From a virus (taxonomy: Duplodnaviria > Caudoviricetes): 40,313 bases of DNA. The first letter of the stretch is position 1, and the number at the start of each line of letters is the position of its first letter. The notes beneath the pieces were generated by a model. That model searched no databases and was not told the DNA's origin. It saw nothing but the letters and a program-made list of their open reading frames with translations. Made by a program: the position numbers and the translations under genes. The DNA lies in the IMG/VR virus record IMGVR_UViG_3300032243_000724, positions 1-40,313 of that record, one strand, 5' to 3'. Positions 1 to 9,741 of this stretch are shown here, in pieces.

Positions 1-1638
1 GGTTCTAAAACCATTGTAGGTGACAATACTATTACAGGTTCTTTAACTGTAAGTGGTTCTCAAACATTTATAGGAACTAAGACAATTACTGGAAGTGTGT
101 TTATAAGCGGTTCTAAAACCGTTATAGGAACTAATACCATTACCGGATCAATGCTAATAAGTGGTAGTCTTGATGTTAATGGAACTATAACTGCTACTAC
201 GTTAGTAGTACAAACTATTACTTCGTCTGTTCTATATTCTTCTGGATCAAATGTATTTGGAAATTCATTAGCTAATACGCAGACGTTTACTGGTAGTGTA
301 AGTATAACTGGTTCTGCATTAAATGTTAATAATGGAGGATTATTTGTTAGTTCAAGTAGTAAAGTTGGTATTGCTACTACATCCCCTAACTTAGCATTAA
401 CTGTTCAAGCAGATAGCACTGATATGATAGCTTGGAGAAGCCCATCTTATGAAGTTGGTAGATTGGGTCTTGATACTAATAATGCTCATGGAGGTATATT
501 TTTATATTCAAGTGGTTCTCTAGCAATTCAAATATCTGCCAAACCAGGAGCTTATACTTACTTTAATGCTGGCAATGTAGGTGTAGGAACATCTTCCCCA
601 GCTGGAGGTATATCAGGAACTGAAGCTGCATTAGAAATTTCAAACAGCAATGTTGCTGTATTAGCATTAACATCAACTACTGCAACAACTGGTAAAAAAT
701 ATCAAATATATTCATCAAATGATGGGGGATTATTTTTTAGAGATGCTACTTCTGCTACACAAAGAATGATGATATCATCTGCTGGTAATGTAGGTATTGG
801 TACAACTAGTCCTTATCAAAATTTAACAGTACTTAAAAACCAAAATGCAGATACCGCAGCAGGAATATATAATCAAACAGATGGAACTGCATCAAGTACT
901 ACATTAAGATTAGATAATGGTTCTTATAATGGTCAACTTAACTTATATGCTAACTCGTTTACTACATCAGGTACTGCAGTTGCAAATACATTAAGATTAT
1001 ATACAGATGGTCCTGGAGGGATAACCTTTAGTGCTACAAACCAACACATTAGATTTAATACATCACCCTCTGAAGTTCAGAGAATGATTATTTTATATGG
1101 AGGTAACGTGGGTATTGGTACAGGTAATCCATCTACAAATTTACATATATTGGCAAATGCATCTGTAAATACAGCAACTATTAGACTATCAGGCTATGGT
1201 GGTGCTGCTACAGATACTTGGGATGCTAATGCAGGTACAGATGCAAAATATTATGTTAAAAATGTATCTACATCTAATGGTGCTTACTTAATTTACAACT
1301 CAGCATCAGGATGGACAAGTGTATCAGATGCTAGATGGAAAACAGATTGGACTGATTTAGGCCCTAGTTTAGGTTTAATAAATCAGTTAAAAATAGGTCG
1401 ATACAAAATGCTTGATACTAATAAACAACCTATTGAAAATGCAAGATGGGATTATGGTGTTAAAGCACAAGAACTATTAGAAGTAATTCCTGATGCCGTT
1501 GATGTACCAGATAATCCAGAAGATAAACACGGTGTTATTAATAATATAGTATTTTATCATGCTATTAAAGCACTACAAGAAGCAAACGCTAAAATTACCG
1601 CATTAGAAGAAAAATTAGAACGCAACAACATAAACTAA
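1..1638 (+). CDS. Tail fibre protein (5'-truncated by the window) with C-terminal peptidase S74 intramolecular chaperone
   Basis: Frame 1 is open from base 1, with 18-aa repeats such as GSKTIVGDNTITGSLTVS; the GTG at 97 is not the true start. Repeated GNVGIGTxxP beta-repeats. C-terminal SDARWK...GVKAQE...AIKALQE followed by a coiled coil is the S74 signature. Confidence 0.85.
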   Translation, partial: GSKTIVGDNTITGSLTVSGSQTFIGTKTITGSVFISGSKTVIGTNTITGSMLISGSLDVNGTITATTLVVQTITSSVLYSSGSNVFGNSLANTQTFTGSVSITGSALNVNNGGLFVSSSSKVGIATTSPNLALTVQADSTDMIAWRSPSYEVGRLGLDTNNAHGGIFLYSSGSLAIQISAKPGAYTYFNAGNVGVGTSSPAGGISGTEAALEISNSNVAVLALTSTTATTGKKYQIYSSNDGGLFFRDATSATQRMMISSAGNVGIGTTSPYQNLTVLKNQNADTAAGIYNQTDGTASSTTLRLDNGSYNGQLNLYANSFTTSGTAVANTLRLYTDGPGGITFSATNQHIRFNTSPSEVQRMIILYGGNVGIGTGNPSTNLHILANASVNTATIRLSGYGGAATDTWDANAGTDAKYYVKNVSTSNGAYLIYNSASGWTSVSDARWKTDWTDLGPSLGLINQLKIGRYKMLDTNKQPIENARWDYGVKAQELLEVIPDAVDVPDNPEDKHGVINNIVFYHAIKALQEANAKITALEEKLERNNIN

Positions 1639-3761
1639 TATGAGCAAAGTAAGAGATATAAGTAACTTAAGTAATGTAATTAGAACAGATGCTAGCGGTA
1701 ACGTTTCATTTGTAAGTGGTTCTACTACATTAGCAACCCTCAATACATCAGGACAATTATCAGGTTCATCACCTGTATTGTCTTCATCGTATGCATCTAC
1801 ATCGTCATATGCCACTAACTTTAATGTTAGTGGAACTATAACTGCTACTACGTTAGTAGTACAAACAGTTACTTCATCTGTAATATATTCTTCAGGATCT
1901 AATGTGTTTGGAAATAATATTGCTAATACGCAGACGTTTACTGGATCGGTGTTAGTGAGTGGAAGTATTTCTTCTACAGGTAATATTACAGGCTCTGCTA
2001 TTTTAGTTAACCAATCAGGTCCTGGTTTTATAACAATAGGTAATTCTGGTTCTTATGGTAGTATATCTAGTGGTGGTGGTGGAGCAACATTATACTTAAA
2101 TGGTTCAGTAAGAGGTGGAGCAACAACAGCTGCATCTAATGCTGTTGTATTTGGAACTGATGGTAATTTTTATATATCAGATTCTACTACTAATACTCAT
2201 AAAATGTTTGTTAGTTCAAGTGGTAACATTGGTATAGGATTAACCAATCCAACTGATTTATTACATCTATATAAATCAGGAACTGTTTATCAAACAATAC
2301 AAACAGTTAGTGGTGGTGCAGGTACAATATATAGAAGATCAAATAGCCCAACTCCAGATTGGACTATAGGTCATGGTGCTGCAAGTGCAAATGAAAATTT
2401 TGAGGTTTATACAGCAGGTACTGGTTCTTTTGTTTGGACTATGAATGGTTCAGAAAGAATAAGAATAACCTCAGCAGGTAGTGTATTAATAGGAACTACT
2501 ACTCAACCTACTGCAATAGCAACTAGTGATTTATTAGTTATTGGAAAATCAGGTAACACAAGTAATGCAATAAATTTTTCAAATGGTACTACTACAAATT
2601 GGGGGTATCTTCTTTCTCAATCAAATAAAATGGTATTTGGTAGTGGTACTTCAAGTGATATAACTTTTGAAACTAATGCAGGTTCAGAAAGAATGCGTAT
2701 TACAAGTGGGGGGCTTGTAGGAATAGGTACAAGTAGTCCAAGCCAAAAATTAGAAGTATCAGGAACAGACAATAATAATCTTATTATGTCTACATCCACC
2801 ACAGGTGCAGGTGGAACATTTAGAATACAAGCAAATGAAGCCGCTTCTTATTTAGTTTCTAATAATGCAAGACCATTATATATTCAAACTAATTCTACAA
2901 CTAGAATGGCTATTACAAGTGGGGGTGATGTAGGTATTGGTACTGCTAGCCCAGGTTGTAAATTAGATATAACTGGTGGATATATGGCATTAAATGATTA
3001 TGCACTTAGATGGAGATATGCTTCAGATGCTAACCACGCTACTGTATTCACAACAACCTATAACGGTCCTATAATGTATGGATATAGTGGAGCAGCATTA
3101 GGATATCAAGGTATAGGTGTTATATGGACAAATAGTACAAACTATTATAACTATAGCAATACAACAACATGGAATCAAACCTCAGATGTCAGAATAAAAC
3201 AAAATATCAATACAATAACAAATGCTATTGACAAAATAACACTTTTAAATCCTGTAACTTTTGATTATACAGATGAATTTGCATCTCAAAGAAGCTGGGC
3301 TAATAAACATAAATTAAATAATGTAGGATTTATAGCTCAAGAATACGAAAATGTATTCCCTGATGATGTAGATAAAAAAGAAGAAATAGTAGGAGATGTA
3401 ACATATGAAGATTTTAAAACTATCAATACAACTTCAATTGTTCCTTACTTAGTAAAAGCAATCCAAGAACTAAAAGCAGAAAACGACACACTAAAAGAAA
3501 TATTACAACGTAACAATATACAATAATGGGTAAAAATCAATCAGCATCCAACCTCACCAATATAATAAAGCAAGACGCTAACGGCAACATTACATTCGTT
3601 AGTGGTTCTACCACTCTAATGTCTGTTAGCTCGTCAGGCGCTATTACAACTACAGGTGTAATTAGCGGCTCTAATGCGTTGTCTGCGTCGTATGCTCAAA
3701 CATCATCGTATGCCACTAACTTTAATGTTAGTGGAACTATTACTGCTACTACGTTAGTAGT
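180..3761 (+). repeat. Near-identical nucleotide block shared by three tail-fibre genes
   Basis: 180-215 equals 1831-1866 (36 nt); 1808-1860 matches 3709-3761 at 52/53 nt; 271-293 equals 1922-1944 (23 nt). Confidence 0.85.
1640..3526 (+). CDS. Tail fibre protein with peptidase S74 chaperone domain
   Basis: ERMRITSGGxVGIGTxSP repeats; C-terminal SDVRIKQNI...LNPVTFDY...GFIAQE...LVKAIQELK. Confidence 0.87.
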   Translation: MSKVRDISNLSNVIRTDASGNVSFVSGSTTLATLNTSGQLSGSSPVLSSSYASTSSYATNFNVSGTITATTLVVQTVTSSVIYSSGSNVFGNNIANTQTFTGSVLVSGSISSTGNITGSAILVNQSGPGFITIGNSGSYGSISSGGGGATLYLNGSVRGGATTAASNAVVFGTDGNFYISDSTTNTHKMFVSSSGNIGIGLTNPTDLLHLYKSGTVYQTIQTVSGGAGTIYRRSNSPTPDWTIGHGAASANENFEVYTAGTGSFVWTMNGSERIRITSAGSVLIGTTTQPTAIATSDLLVIGKSGNTSNAINFSNGTTTNWGYLLSQSNKMVFGSGTSSDITFETNAGSERMRITSGGLVGIGTSSPSQKLEVSGTDNNNLIMSTSTTGAGGTFRIQANEAASYLVSNNARPLYIQTNSTTRMAITSGGDVGIGTASPGCKLDITGGYMALNDYALRWRYASDANHATVFTTTYNGPIMYGYSGAALGYQGIGVIWTNSTNYYNYSNTTTWNQTSDVRIKQNINTITNAIDKITLLNPVTFDYTDEFASQRSWANKHKLNNVGFIAQEYENVFPDDVDKKEEIVGDVTYEDFKTINTTSIVPYLVKAIQELKAENDTLKEILQRNNIQ

Positions 3762-4776
3762 GCAGACGATAACGTCAAGTGTTGATTTTGTAACTGGTTC
3801 TACGCGATTTGGTTCTATATTAGAAAATACTCACGTGTTTAGTGGTTCTGTAACAATGAATCCAAATGGATTATTTGTTAGTGGAAGTGGATTGGTAGGA
3901 ATAGGTAATGTTGTTCCTGCTTATACATTAGATGTTAGTGGTACAGGAAGATTTACAGGAGCATTGACAAGTGCTGGGTTAACATCAACTGGCACTATTT
4001 CTTTAACTCCTTCTTCGTTCTCTGTTGGCTCTTCTACTGCTACTGATGCAAATTCATTAACAACACAAGCTGCTAATAGTAATTATTTAATAAGATTTAA
4101 AAATGCAGCTGGAACAAGTTTAGGTGGACATTATTATGATGGTACAAACTTTATAGCAGATGGTCCAAGTTGGAAATTTGTTAATAATGTTGCAATAGGG
4201 TCTTTACAAAGTGGTGGACAAGGTTCTATAAGTGGAGCAAGTGGTACAATAAATAGAGCAATAGTAAACTGCCCTTATCCAGGTGCAAGTGCTTTAACAT
4301 TAGGATATTATTCAGCAGGTTATGGTTTAGATATATGGGTAAATGGAGATGGAACAGGCTTAGCACCTGTATATATTGATCAAAGACAAAATGAAGCTAT
4401 AATATTTAGAAGAAGTACATATAGTTCTGCAAGTGAAACAATGCGTATTGCAAGTGGAGGCCAAGTAATCGCCCCTTATGGATATCAAAGTTTTAAAGGT
4501 AGTGTAAGTATAGCAGCAGGTGGCACAGCAGTTATTTATACTATGTCTACAGATGGGGTATATTATGTTTATTGTAGATTAAATGGAGGTGCACAATACT
4601 ATCTAGCAAGTGCAATAGTTACAGGATTACCAAGTGGTGGCACAAGCCAAATTAGCAATACTTATAATGGTTCTAATGTAAATATAAATTTATCAGGAAA
4701 TGATATAAGAATAACAAGTGGAGCTTACAGCACATATACTTGGCAATGGTCAATTTTATACCAACCAGTAGATTAA
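3526..4776 (+). CDS. Tail fibre paralog without S74 domain
   Basis: N-terminus closely similar to ORF 1640 (NLxNxIxxDAxGNxxFVSGSTTL...YATNFNVSGTITATTLVVQT). VGIG and ETMRIASGG repeats. Different C-terminal domain. Confidence 0.78.
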   Translation: MGKNQSASNLTNIIKQDANGNITFVSGSTTLMSVSSSGAITTTGVISGSNALSASYAQTSSYATNFNVSGTITATTLVVQTITSSVDFVTGSTRFGSILENTHVFSGSVTMNPNGLFVSGSGLVGIGNVVPAYTLDVSGTGRFTGALTSAGLTSTGTISLTPSSFSVGSSTATDANSLTTQAANSNYLIRFKNAAGTSLGGHYYDGTNFIADGPSWKFVNNVAIGSLQSGGQGSISGASGTINRAIVNCPYPGASALTLGYYSAGYGLDIWVNGDGTGLAPVYIDQRQNEAIIFRRSTYSSASETMRIASGGQVIAPYGYQSFKGSVSIAAGGTAVIYTMSTDGVYYVYCRLNGGAQYYLASAIVTGLPSGGTSQISNTYNGSNVNINLSGNDIRITSGAYSTYTWQWSILYQPVD

Positions 4777-4792
4777 AAATAAAAAATAAATA

Positions 4793-5443
4793 ATGGGTCA
4801 AGGTGTAACTTTAGTAAAACAGTTTGGTAACCCAACTTTTAATTCATTAATAGTAACAGGTCCTACCAATTTAAGTGGTAGCCTTTCTATTACTGGTAGC
4901 ATTAATGTTAATGGAAATGTTACTGCTAGTAACTCAACATTTGATACTGTAGCAGCAACAAACAATGGTAATGGTACTAACTTTAAAGTTGGCGATGATG
5001 CATGGATTGGTGATGTTAACGCTGCTAATACTATTAGAGTTAAAGGTCAACAAGATGCAACAGCAGGTTATATTACGTTTGGCAACCAAACAGCCGCTTT
5101 AGGATTAACAAACTCAAGTACATTAACTTGGGGTGCTGCATTTACAGCAACAGGTAACGTTACAGCATACTCAGATGCTAGAGTAAAAACTAATATTAAA
5201 ACAATAGATAATGCTTTATCTAAAGTATTAGCTTTAAGAGGTGTTACTTATAATAGAACTGATTTAGAAGATAAATCCGAACAAATAGGAGTTATTGCTC
5301 AAGAAATAAAAGAAGTATTACCTCAAGTAGTGCAAGAAACCGATGGGCGTTATAGTGTTGCCTACGGCAATATTGTAGGTGTACTTATTGAGGCAATAAA
5401 AGAACAACAAGCACAGATTGAAGAATTAAAATCAAGGTTATAA
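4793..5443 (+). CDS. Short tail fibre/tip protein with peptidase S74 domain
   Basis: TGNVTAYSDARVKTNI...LRGVTY...GVIAQE...LIEAIKEQQAQIEELK. Confidence 0.85.
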   Translation: MGQGVTLVKQFGNPTFNSLIVTGPTNLSGSLSITGSINVNGNVTASNSTFDTVAATNNGNGTNFKVGDDAWIGDVNAANTIRVKGQQDATAGYITFGNQTAALGLTNSSTLTWGAAFTATGNVTAYSDARVKTNIKTIDNALSKVLALRGVTYNRTDLEDKSEQIGVIAQEIKEVLPQVVQETDGRYSVAYGNIVGVLIEAIKEQQAQIEELKSRL

Positions 5444-6282
5444 TGGCTACTCCATCATCAGGAACAATATCAGTTAACGATATAGATACCGAGTTTAAAA
5501 TAACTAATTCCCCTTATGGATTAGATGTTTTAGGTATGGCTGCATTTTCAAAATATTCATCTCCATATTCTTTAAGTGATTTCTATAGCAAATCATTTGC
5601 CGCAGGAATAACAACTGGATTATTAATTTATATAGATGCTGCTCACCCAGATTCAGGAGGTGGTAGTACTTGGTATGATGTTAGTGGTAATGGTAATCAT
5701 TATAGTGGAGGAGGAACTTTTGGTACTGATGCTTACGGTGGATATTATAGTTTTGGAGGTGGTTCAAATAAAGGAGGAAATGCTATTAATGTTGCATCAA
5801 CTCATACAACAGAAATTTGGGTAAGACCTCAAGCAGGTCAAAGTATGTATAGTACTTTTTGTGCTGGCTCTAGTAGATATGCTGGTTTAAGTGGAGTAGG
5901 ATATGTTGTTATGCCTCTTAATCAAAACCCATATGCTGGAACAGGTATTGCTGTAGGTACTAATGGTGCTCAAATAATTGCTCATAGTGCTGATTACATT
6001 CCTATTTTAGCAACAGCAGGTTATTCATTTAGTACATCAACTTTTTATCAAGTTGTATCTGTTTGGAGTAGTAATGTTCCTTATTTATATATAAATGGTA
6101 CACTATACGATAGTGGATGTGCTGCCGATAGAACAGCATATGCTTGGATGGGCAGAATTGGAGCCGCAGATTATGGTTATTATACTGGTGATATGTCAAT
6201 GATGAGACACTGGAATAGAGCATTAAGTGGATCTGAAATAACAACGTTATATAATTTTACTAAAACAAGATACGGATTATAA
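5443..6282 (+). CDS. Putative adhesin/receptor-binding protein with LamG/concanavalin A-like domain
   Basis: N-terminal SSGTISVNDI...SLSDFY motif of the kind seen on fibre-associated adhesins. GLLIYIDA...TWYDVSGNGN...LYING...WNRALS..EI..LYN..KTRYGL is a LamG-like pattern. Confidence 0.75.
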   Translation: MATPSSGTISVNDIDTEFKITNSPYGLDVLGMAAFSKYSSPYSLSDFYSKSFAAGITTGLLIYIDAAHPDSGGGSTWYDVSGNGNHYSGGGTFGTDAYGGYYSFGGGSNKGGNAINVASTHTTEIWVRPQAGQSMYSTFCAGSSRYAGLSGVGYVVMPLNQNPYAGTGIAVGTNGAQIIAHSADYIPILATAGYSFSTSTFYQVVSVWSSNVPYLYINGTLYDSGCAADRTAYAWMGRIGAADYGYYTGDMSMMRHWNRALSGSEITTLYNFTKTRYGL

Positions 6283-6300
6283 AAACTTAAAATATAAAAA

Positions 6301-6651
6301 ATGGGATTAAAAATTACAACACAAATAGGTACTGATAAAGGTATTACATCTGAGGCCTATGTAAGAATTTCTGATTATCAAATCAACAAATACGGATCAG
6401 CTAATTTTAGATTAGAAATATTTCAACAACAATCTGATTCAGTATCTCACGCTACTATTCCTGTACCTATGTATGAAAAACTTGCTCATAATAGAGTAAT
6501 TGGTGATGTATTAACTGTAGCATTATTTGATGGTGATGGTAAACCTGACTTAACACCAGTATTAGACATAACCGTGTTTACTTATGCTTATACTCAATTA
6601 AAAGCTAAATTAGTAACGGCTTTTGGCGCAGAAAACGTAGTAGATTGCTAA
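6301..6651 (+). CDS. Hypothetical protein, probably tail-fibre associated
   Basis: Clean ORF with A-rich leader, directly after the fibre array. Confidence 0.6.
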   Translation: MGLKITTQIGTDKGITSEAYVRISDYQINKYGSANFRLEIFQQQSDSVSHATIPVPMYEKLAHNRVIGDVLTVALFDGDGKPDLTPVLDITVFTYAYTQLKAKLVTAFGAENVVDC

Positions 6652-6654
6652 AAA

Positions 6655-6687
6655 CTTGGTTGTCTCCTATCTTTTGTATATATTTAT
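6655..6687 (+). promoter_or_regulatory. Bacteroidota-type promoter-like element overlapping an ATATTTAT motif
   Basis: CTTG (6655-6658) - 20 nt - TATATTTA (6679-6686); ATATTTAT at 6680-6687. Confidence 0.55.
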
Positions 6688-6709
6688 ATCAAACAAATAA
6701 AATTTAATT

Positions 6710-6928
6710 ATGTTATTATTAATTTCAATCATTGTTATTGCTGTAGTAGTTGCTCTAGTATATAACAACAACAAGAAAAAAATTACTGAAACTATTGAGA
6801 AAGTTGAAACATCAATCGCTCCAATTGTTGAAGAAGTTAAAGAAGTAGTTGCTAAAGCTGAAACAGAAATCGCTAAAGCACCTAAAGCTAAAAAAGCAAC
6901 AGCAGCTAAAAAAACAACTAAGAAGTAA
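6710..6928 (+). CDS. Small membrane-anchored protein with Lys/Ala-rich tail
   Basis: N-terminal hydrophobic helix; C-terminal KAPKAKKATAAKKTTKK. Confidence 0.7.
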   Translation: MLLLISIIVIAVVVALVYNNNKKKITETIEKVETSIAPIVEEVKEVVAKAETEIAKAPKAKKATAAKKTTKK

Positions 6929-6930
6929 TT

Positions 6931-7398
6931 ATGGAAAAAATCAGTTTAAAACTGTATGAATTCTACAATCTTGACAGTGAATTGTCAGGAGTTATGAATC
7001 AACAAACAGGTGAAAAAGTATCAGCTGGATTATTAGCTGAAAAATTAAAGTTAACAACTAAATATTGGTTAACTGAATTAGCTAAGAAAGTAGCTGCCGA
7101 GAAAACAACAGTTGAAACTCTTAAAGAAGAGTTAATCAAAAAGCACGGCGAAACAGATGAAACTGGAAACATTAGTATCCCAATGTACATCGACATCGTT
7201 AAAGATGAAGAAGGTAAAATCGTTGATGGTAAAAACAATCCAAAGTTCATTGAATTTCAATCAGAATTCAACGCATTACTACAAGAAGAAAAAGAATTAG
7301 AGTACAAACCAGTAAATCTTAGTGAATTAGAAAGCATTGAGTCAGATGGTAACTATCCTACATTCTTTAAATTGGTTGTAGCTGATGAACAAGCTTAG
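6931..7398 (+). CDS. Hypothetical acidic/helical protein
   Basis: 155-aa ORF tightly coupled to both neighbours. Confidence 0.7.
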   Translation: MEKISLKLYEFYNLDSELSGVMNQQTGEKVSAGLLAEKLKLTTKYWLTELAKKVAAEKTTVETLKEELIKKHGETDETGNISIPMYIDIVKDEEGKIVDGKNNPKFIEFQSEFNALLQEEKELEYKPVNLSELESIESDGNYPTFFKLVVADEQA

Positions 7399-7615
7399 TG
7401 AAATATTTCAGGCGTGGGTAGCTGCGGCTAGCCCATCGCCTTCACAAAAGCTATTAGCTGAGCAACGTACATCCGTATGCGATACGTGCGAACATAAAAC
7501 TTATACTAAGTTATTAGATTTATACACGTGTGGTTTATGTGGATGTCCGTTAAACAAAAAAGTATTTAGTCCTGCGGGACCTAACGCCTGCCCAGGCAAA
7601 AAATGGGAAAAATAA
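7385..7615 (+). CDS. Small Cys-rich (putative metal-binding) protein
   Basis: R..VCDTCEH...CGLCGCPL..K......CP..KW. Confidence 0.7.
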   Translation: MNKLSEIFQAWVAAASPSPSQKLLAEQRTSVCDTCEHKTYTKLLDLYTCGLCGCPLNKKVFSPAGPNACPGKKWEK

Positions 7616-7620
7616 AGTAT

Positions 7621-7887
7621 ATGTCACAATTAACTCCTGAAGAATTACAATCTGTAAAAGATTTACAATCAAAGTACAATCAAACTGTGTTTGAAATTGG
7701 CGTTGCTGAAACGCAAATTTTAACATTTGAAAGACAAATCGCAAAACTACGCGACGATAAAGCAGGTTTAATTAAAGATCTTGAAACAATTGAGCAAAAA
7801 GAATCAGCATTAGTTGCTACTTTACAAACAGTGTATGGTAATGGTGCAATAAATCCTGAAACTGGTGAAATAACACCAGCTCAATAA
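7621..7887 (+). CDS. Hypothetical coiled-coil protein
   Basis: Heptad pattern, ending YGNGAINPETGEI. ATG 7621 preferred over 7603, which overlaps the upstream gene. Confidence 0.7.
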   Translation: MSQLTPEELQSVKDLQSKYNQTVFEIGVAETQILTFERQIAKLRDDKAGLIKDLETIEQKESALVATLQTVYGNGAINPETGEITPAQ

Positions 7888-7964
7888 TATTTTCGCGGTT
7901 TATGGTGGTTTTTGGATATTTATTATTAGGTCAATCCTAATAAAATTCCAAAAATAACATAAAA

Positions 7965-9692
7965 ATGGCAGAAAAAATTATCTCTCCTGGAGTATTCAAG
8001 AATGAATCAGATCAAAGTTTAGTACAAAGAGGTATTGCAGGCACTGCAACCGCTGTTGTAGGCCCTACAGTATTGGGTCGTCCTTTTATACCAACTTATG
8101 TAACTTCATATTCTGAATTCCAATCAAAATTCGGTACTACTTTTAAAAGTGGTAGTTACTATTACGAGTACTTAACTTCAATAGCAGCTCGTGAATATTT
8201 TCAAAACGGTGGTAGAACATTATTAGTAACTCGTATTGTTAGTAGTTCAGCAAACGTTGCAACTTATGCAAACGCAACTGTATACCAAACAAATACAAGT
8301 ACAGGTAGTGGCGCTTTCACTCTTGAAACATTAGCTTGGGGTTCTCAAATGAACAACACATCAAGCTTATCAGCTGGTTCTTTAGCATCAGGTAGCACAA
8401 CTAACGTTCGTTGGGAAATTACAAATGTAAACACTGGTAGTGGTACATTTAACTTAGCTATCCGTGCAGGTAGTGATAACGACGCTCAAAAGAATTATCT
8501 TGAAACTTGGCCTAACTTATCATTAGATCCAAACTTACCTAACTATATCTCTCGTGTTATTGGTGATACAAAACCAGTTTACACAGTAGATAGTGATGGT
8601 AATCCATTTATAAGCATTACAGGTTCTTATGCTAACTCTTCTCAATATGTAAGAGTATCATCTGTACCAAACCCACAAGTTGATTCAATCGACAATAATG
8701 GCTACTACAAAACAGGTTCTTATGTATCTGGTTTACCAGTACTAGGAAGTGGTTCATTTGGTGGTTCATTTGCAGGTGGTGTTGCTGCAACAAATGCAGA
8801 ACAAAAAATGAATGAAAGCATTACACCTGCTAATATGGAAGGATTTGCAGTTGCTGATTATCAAACAGCTTTAACTTTATTATTAAATAAAGATGAATAT
8901 TCATTTAACGTATTATTAGCTCCAGCTGTTAGCTTAGATAGCGCTGCTGCTACTTCAGTTATTTCAGTTGTAGAAGCTAGAGGTGATGCATTTGCTCCAC
9001 TATCAGTTGGTGCTTACGGAACTTCAGTTACTACAGCTACACAAAACGCTGCTGGTCAATCAAGTAACTACTCAGCTGCATATTTCCCTTGGATTCAATT
9101 ATACAATTCAAACTTAGGTAAGAATGTATGGGCTCCATCTACAACAGTAATGGGTGGTGTATTAGCATTCAACGATCAAGTTGGTGCTGAATGGTTTGCT
9201 CCAGCTGGTTTAAATAGAGGTGGTGTTCCTTCAGTATTAAGAGCTGAAAGAAAATTAACTCAAGCTGATCGTGATACTTTATATGCTGCAAATGTTAACC
9301 CATTAGCTACATTCCCTGGAGAAGGTGTTGTAGTATTTGGTCAAAAGACATTACAACGTAGAGCTACATCATTAGATAGAGTAAACGTTCGTCGTTTATT
9401 AATCGCATTAAAAGGATATATTGGTTCAGTAAGTAACAACTTAGTATTTGAACAAAATACAAACGCTACAAGAAACAGATTCTTAGCTCAAGTTAACCCT
9501 TACATGGAATCAGTAGTACAAAGACAAGGTTTATATGCTTATAAAGTTGTAATGGATGACACAAACAATACAGCTGATGTAATCGATAGAAACCAATTAG
9601 TAGGTCAAATATACATTCAACCAACAAAAACTGCTGAATTTATAATCTTGAACTTTAACGTATTACCAACAGGCGCTACATTCCCTGCATAG
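7965..9692 (+). CDS. Contractile tail sheath protein (T4 gp18-like)
   Basis: SPGV..E.D N-terminus; WFAPAGLNRG, NVNP..FPG.G.VVFGQKTL, DRVNVRRL, MDDTNNT.DVIDRN, IYIQP.KTAEFI. Confidence 0.95.
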   Translation: MAEKIISPGVFKNESDQSLVQRGIAGTATAVVGPTVLGRPFIPTYVTSYSEFQSKFGTTFKSGSYYYEYLTSIAAREYFQNGGRTLLVTRIVSSSANVATYANATVYQTNTSTGSGAFTLETLAWGSQMNNTSSLSAGSLASGSTTNVRWEITNVNTGSGTFNLAIRAGSDNDAQKNYLETWPNLSLDPNLPNYISRVIGDTKPVYTVDSDGNPFISITGSYANSSQYVRVSSVPNPQVDSIDNNGYYKTGSYVSGLPVLGSGSFGGSFAGGVAATNAEQKMNESITPANMEGFAVADYQTALTLLLNKDEYSFNVLLAPAVSLDSAAATSVISVVEARGDAFAPLSVGAYGTSVTTATQNAAGQSSNYSAAYFPWIQLYNSNLGKNVWAPSTTVMGGVLAFNDQVGAEWFAPAGLNRGGVPSVLRAERKLTQADRDTLYAANVNPLATFPGEGVVVFGQKTLQRRATSLDRVNVRRLLIALKGYIGSVSNNLVFEQNTNATRNRFLAQVNPYMESVVQRQGLYAYKVVMDDTNNTADVIDRNQLVGQIYIQPTKTAEFIILNFNVLPTGATFPA

Positions 9693-9741
9693 GGAAATGT
9701 GGTTCCAATATTTATTAATAGCAATAAAAATTTAACATAAA

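Noticed and set aside
180-3761. Shufflon or invertible fibre cassette
   Set aside because: All copies are in direct orientation within complete genes, and no invertase is present in the window.
5636-5824. Alternative-frame + strand ORF rich in Val/Met/Leu
   Set aside because: Nested in the LamG gene; its composition is a frame-shift artefact of Gly-rich codons.
1-6282. Diversity-generating retroelement acting on the fibre genes
   Set aside because: No reverse transcriptase in the window. The shared repeats lie in N-proximal constant regions, not C-terminal variable regions, and I saw no adenine-specific mismatch pattern.
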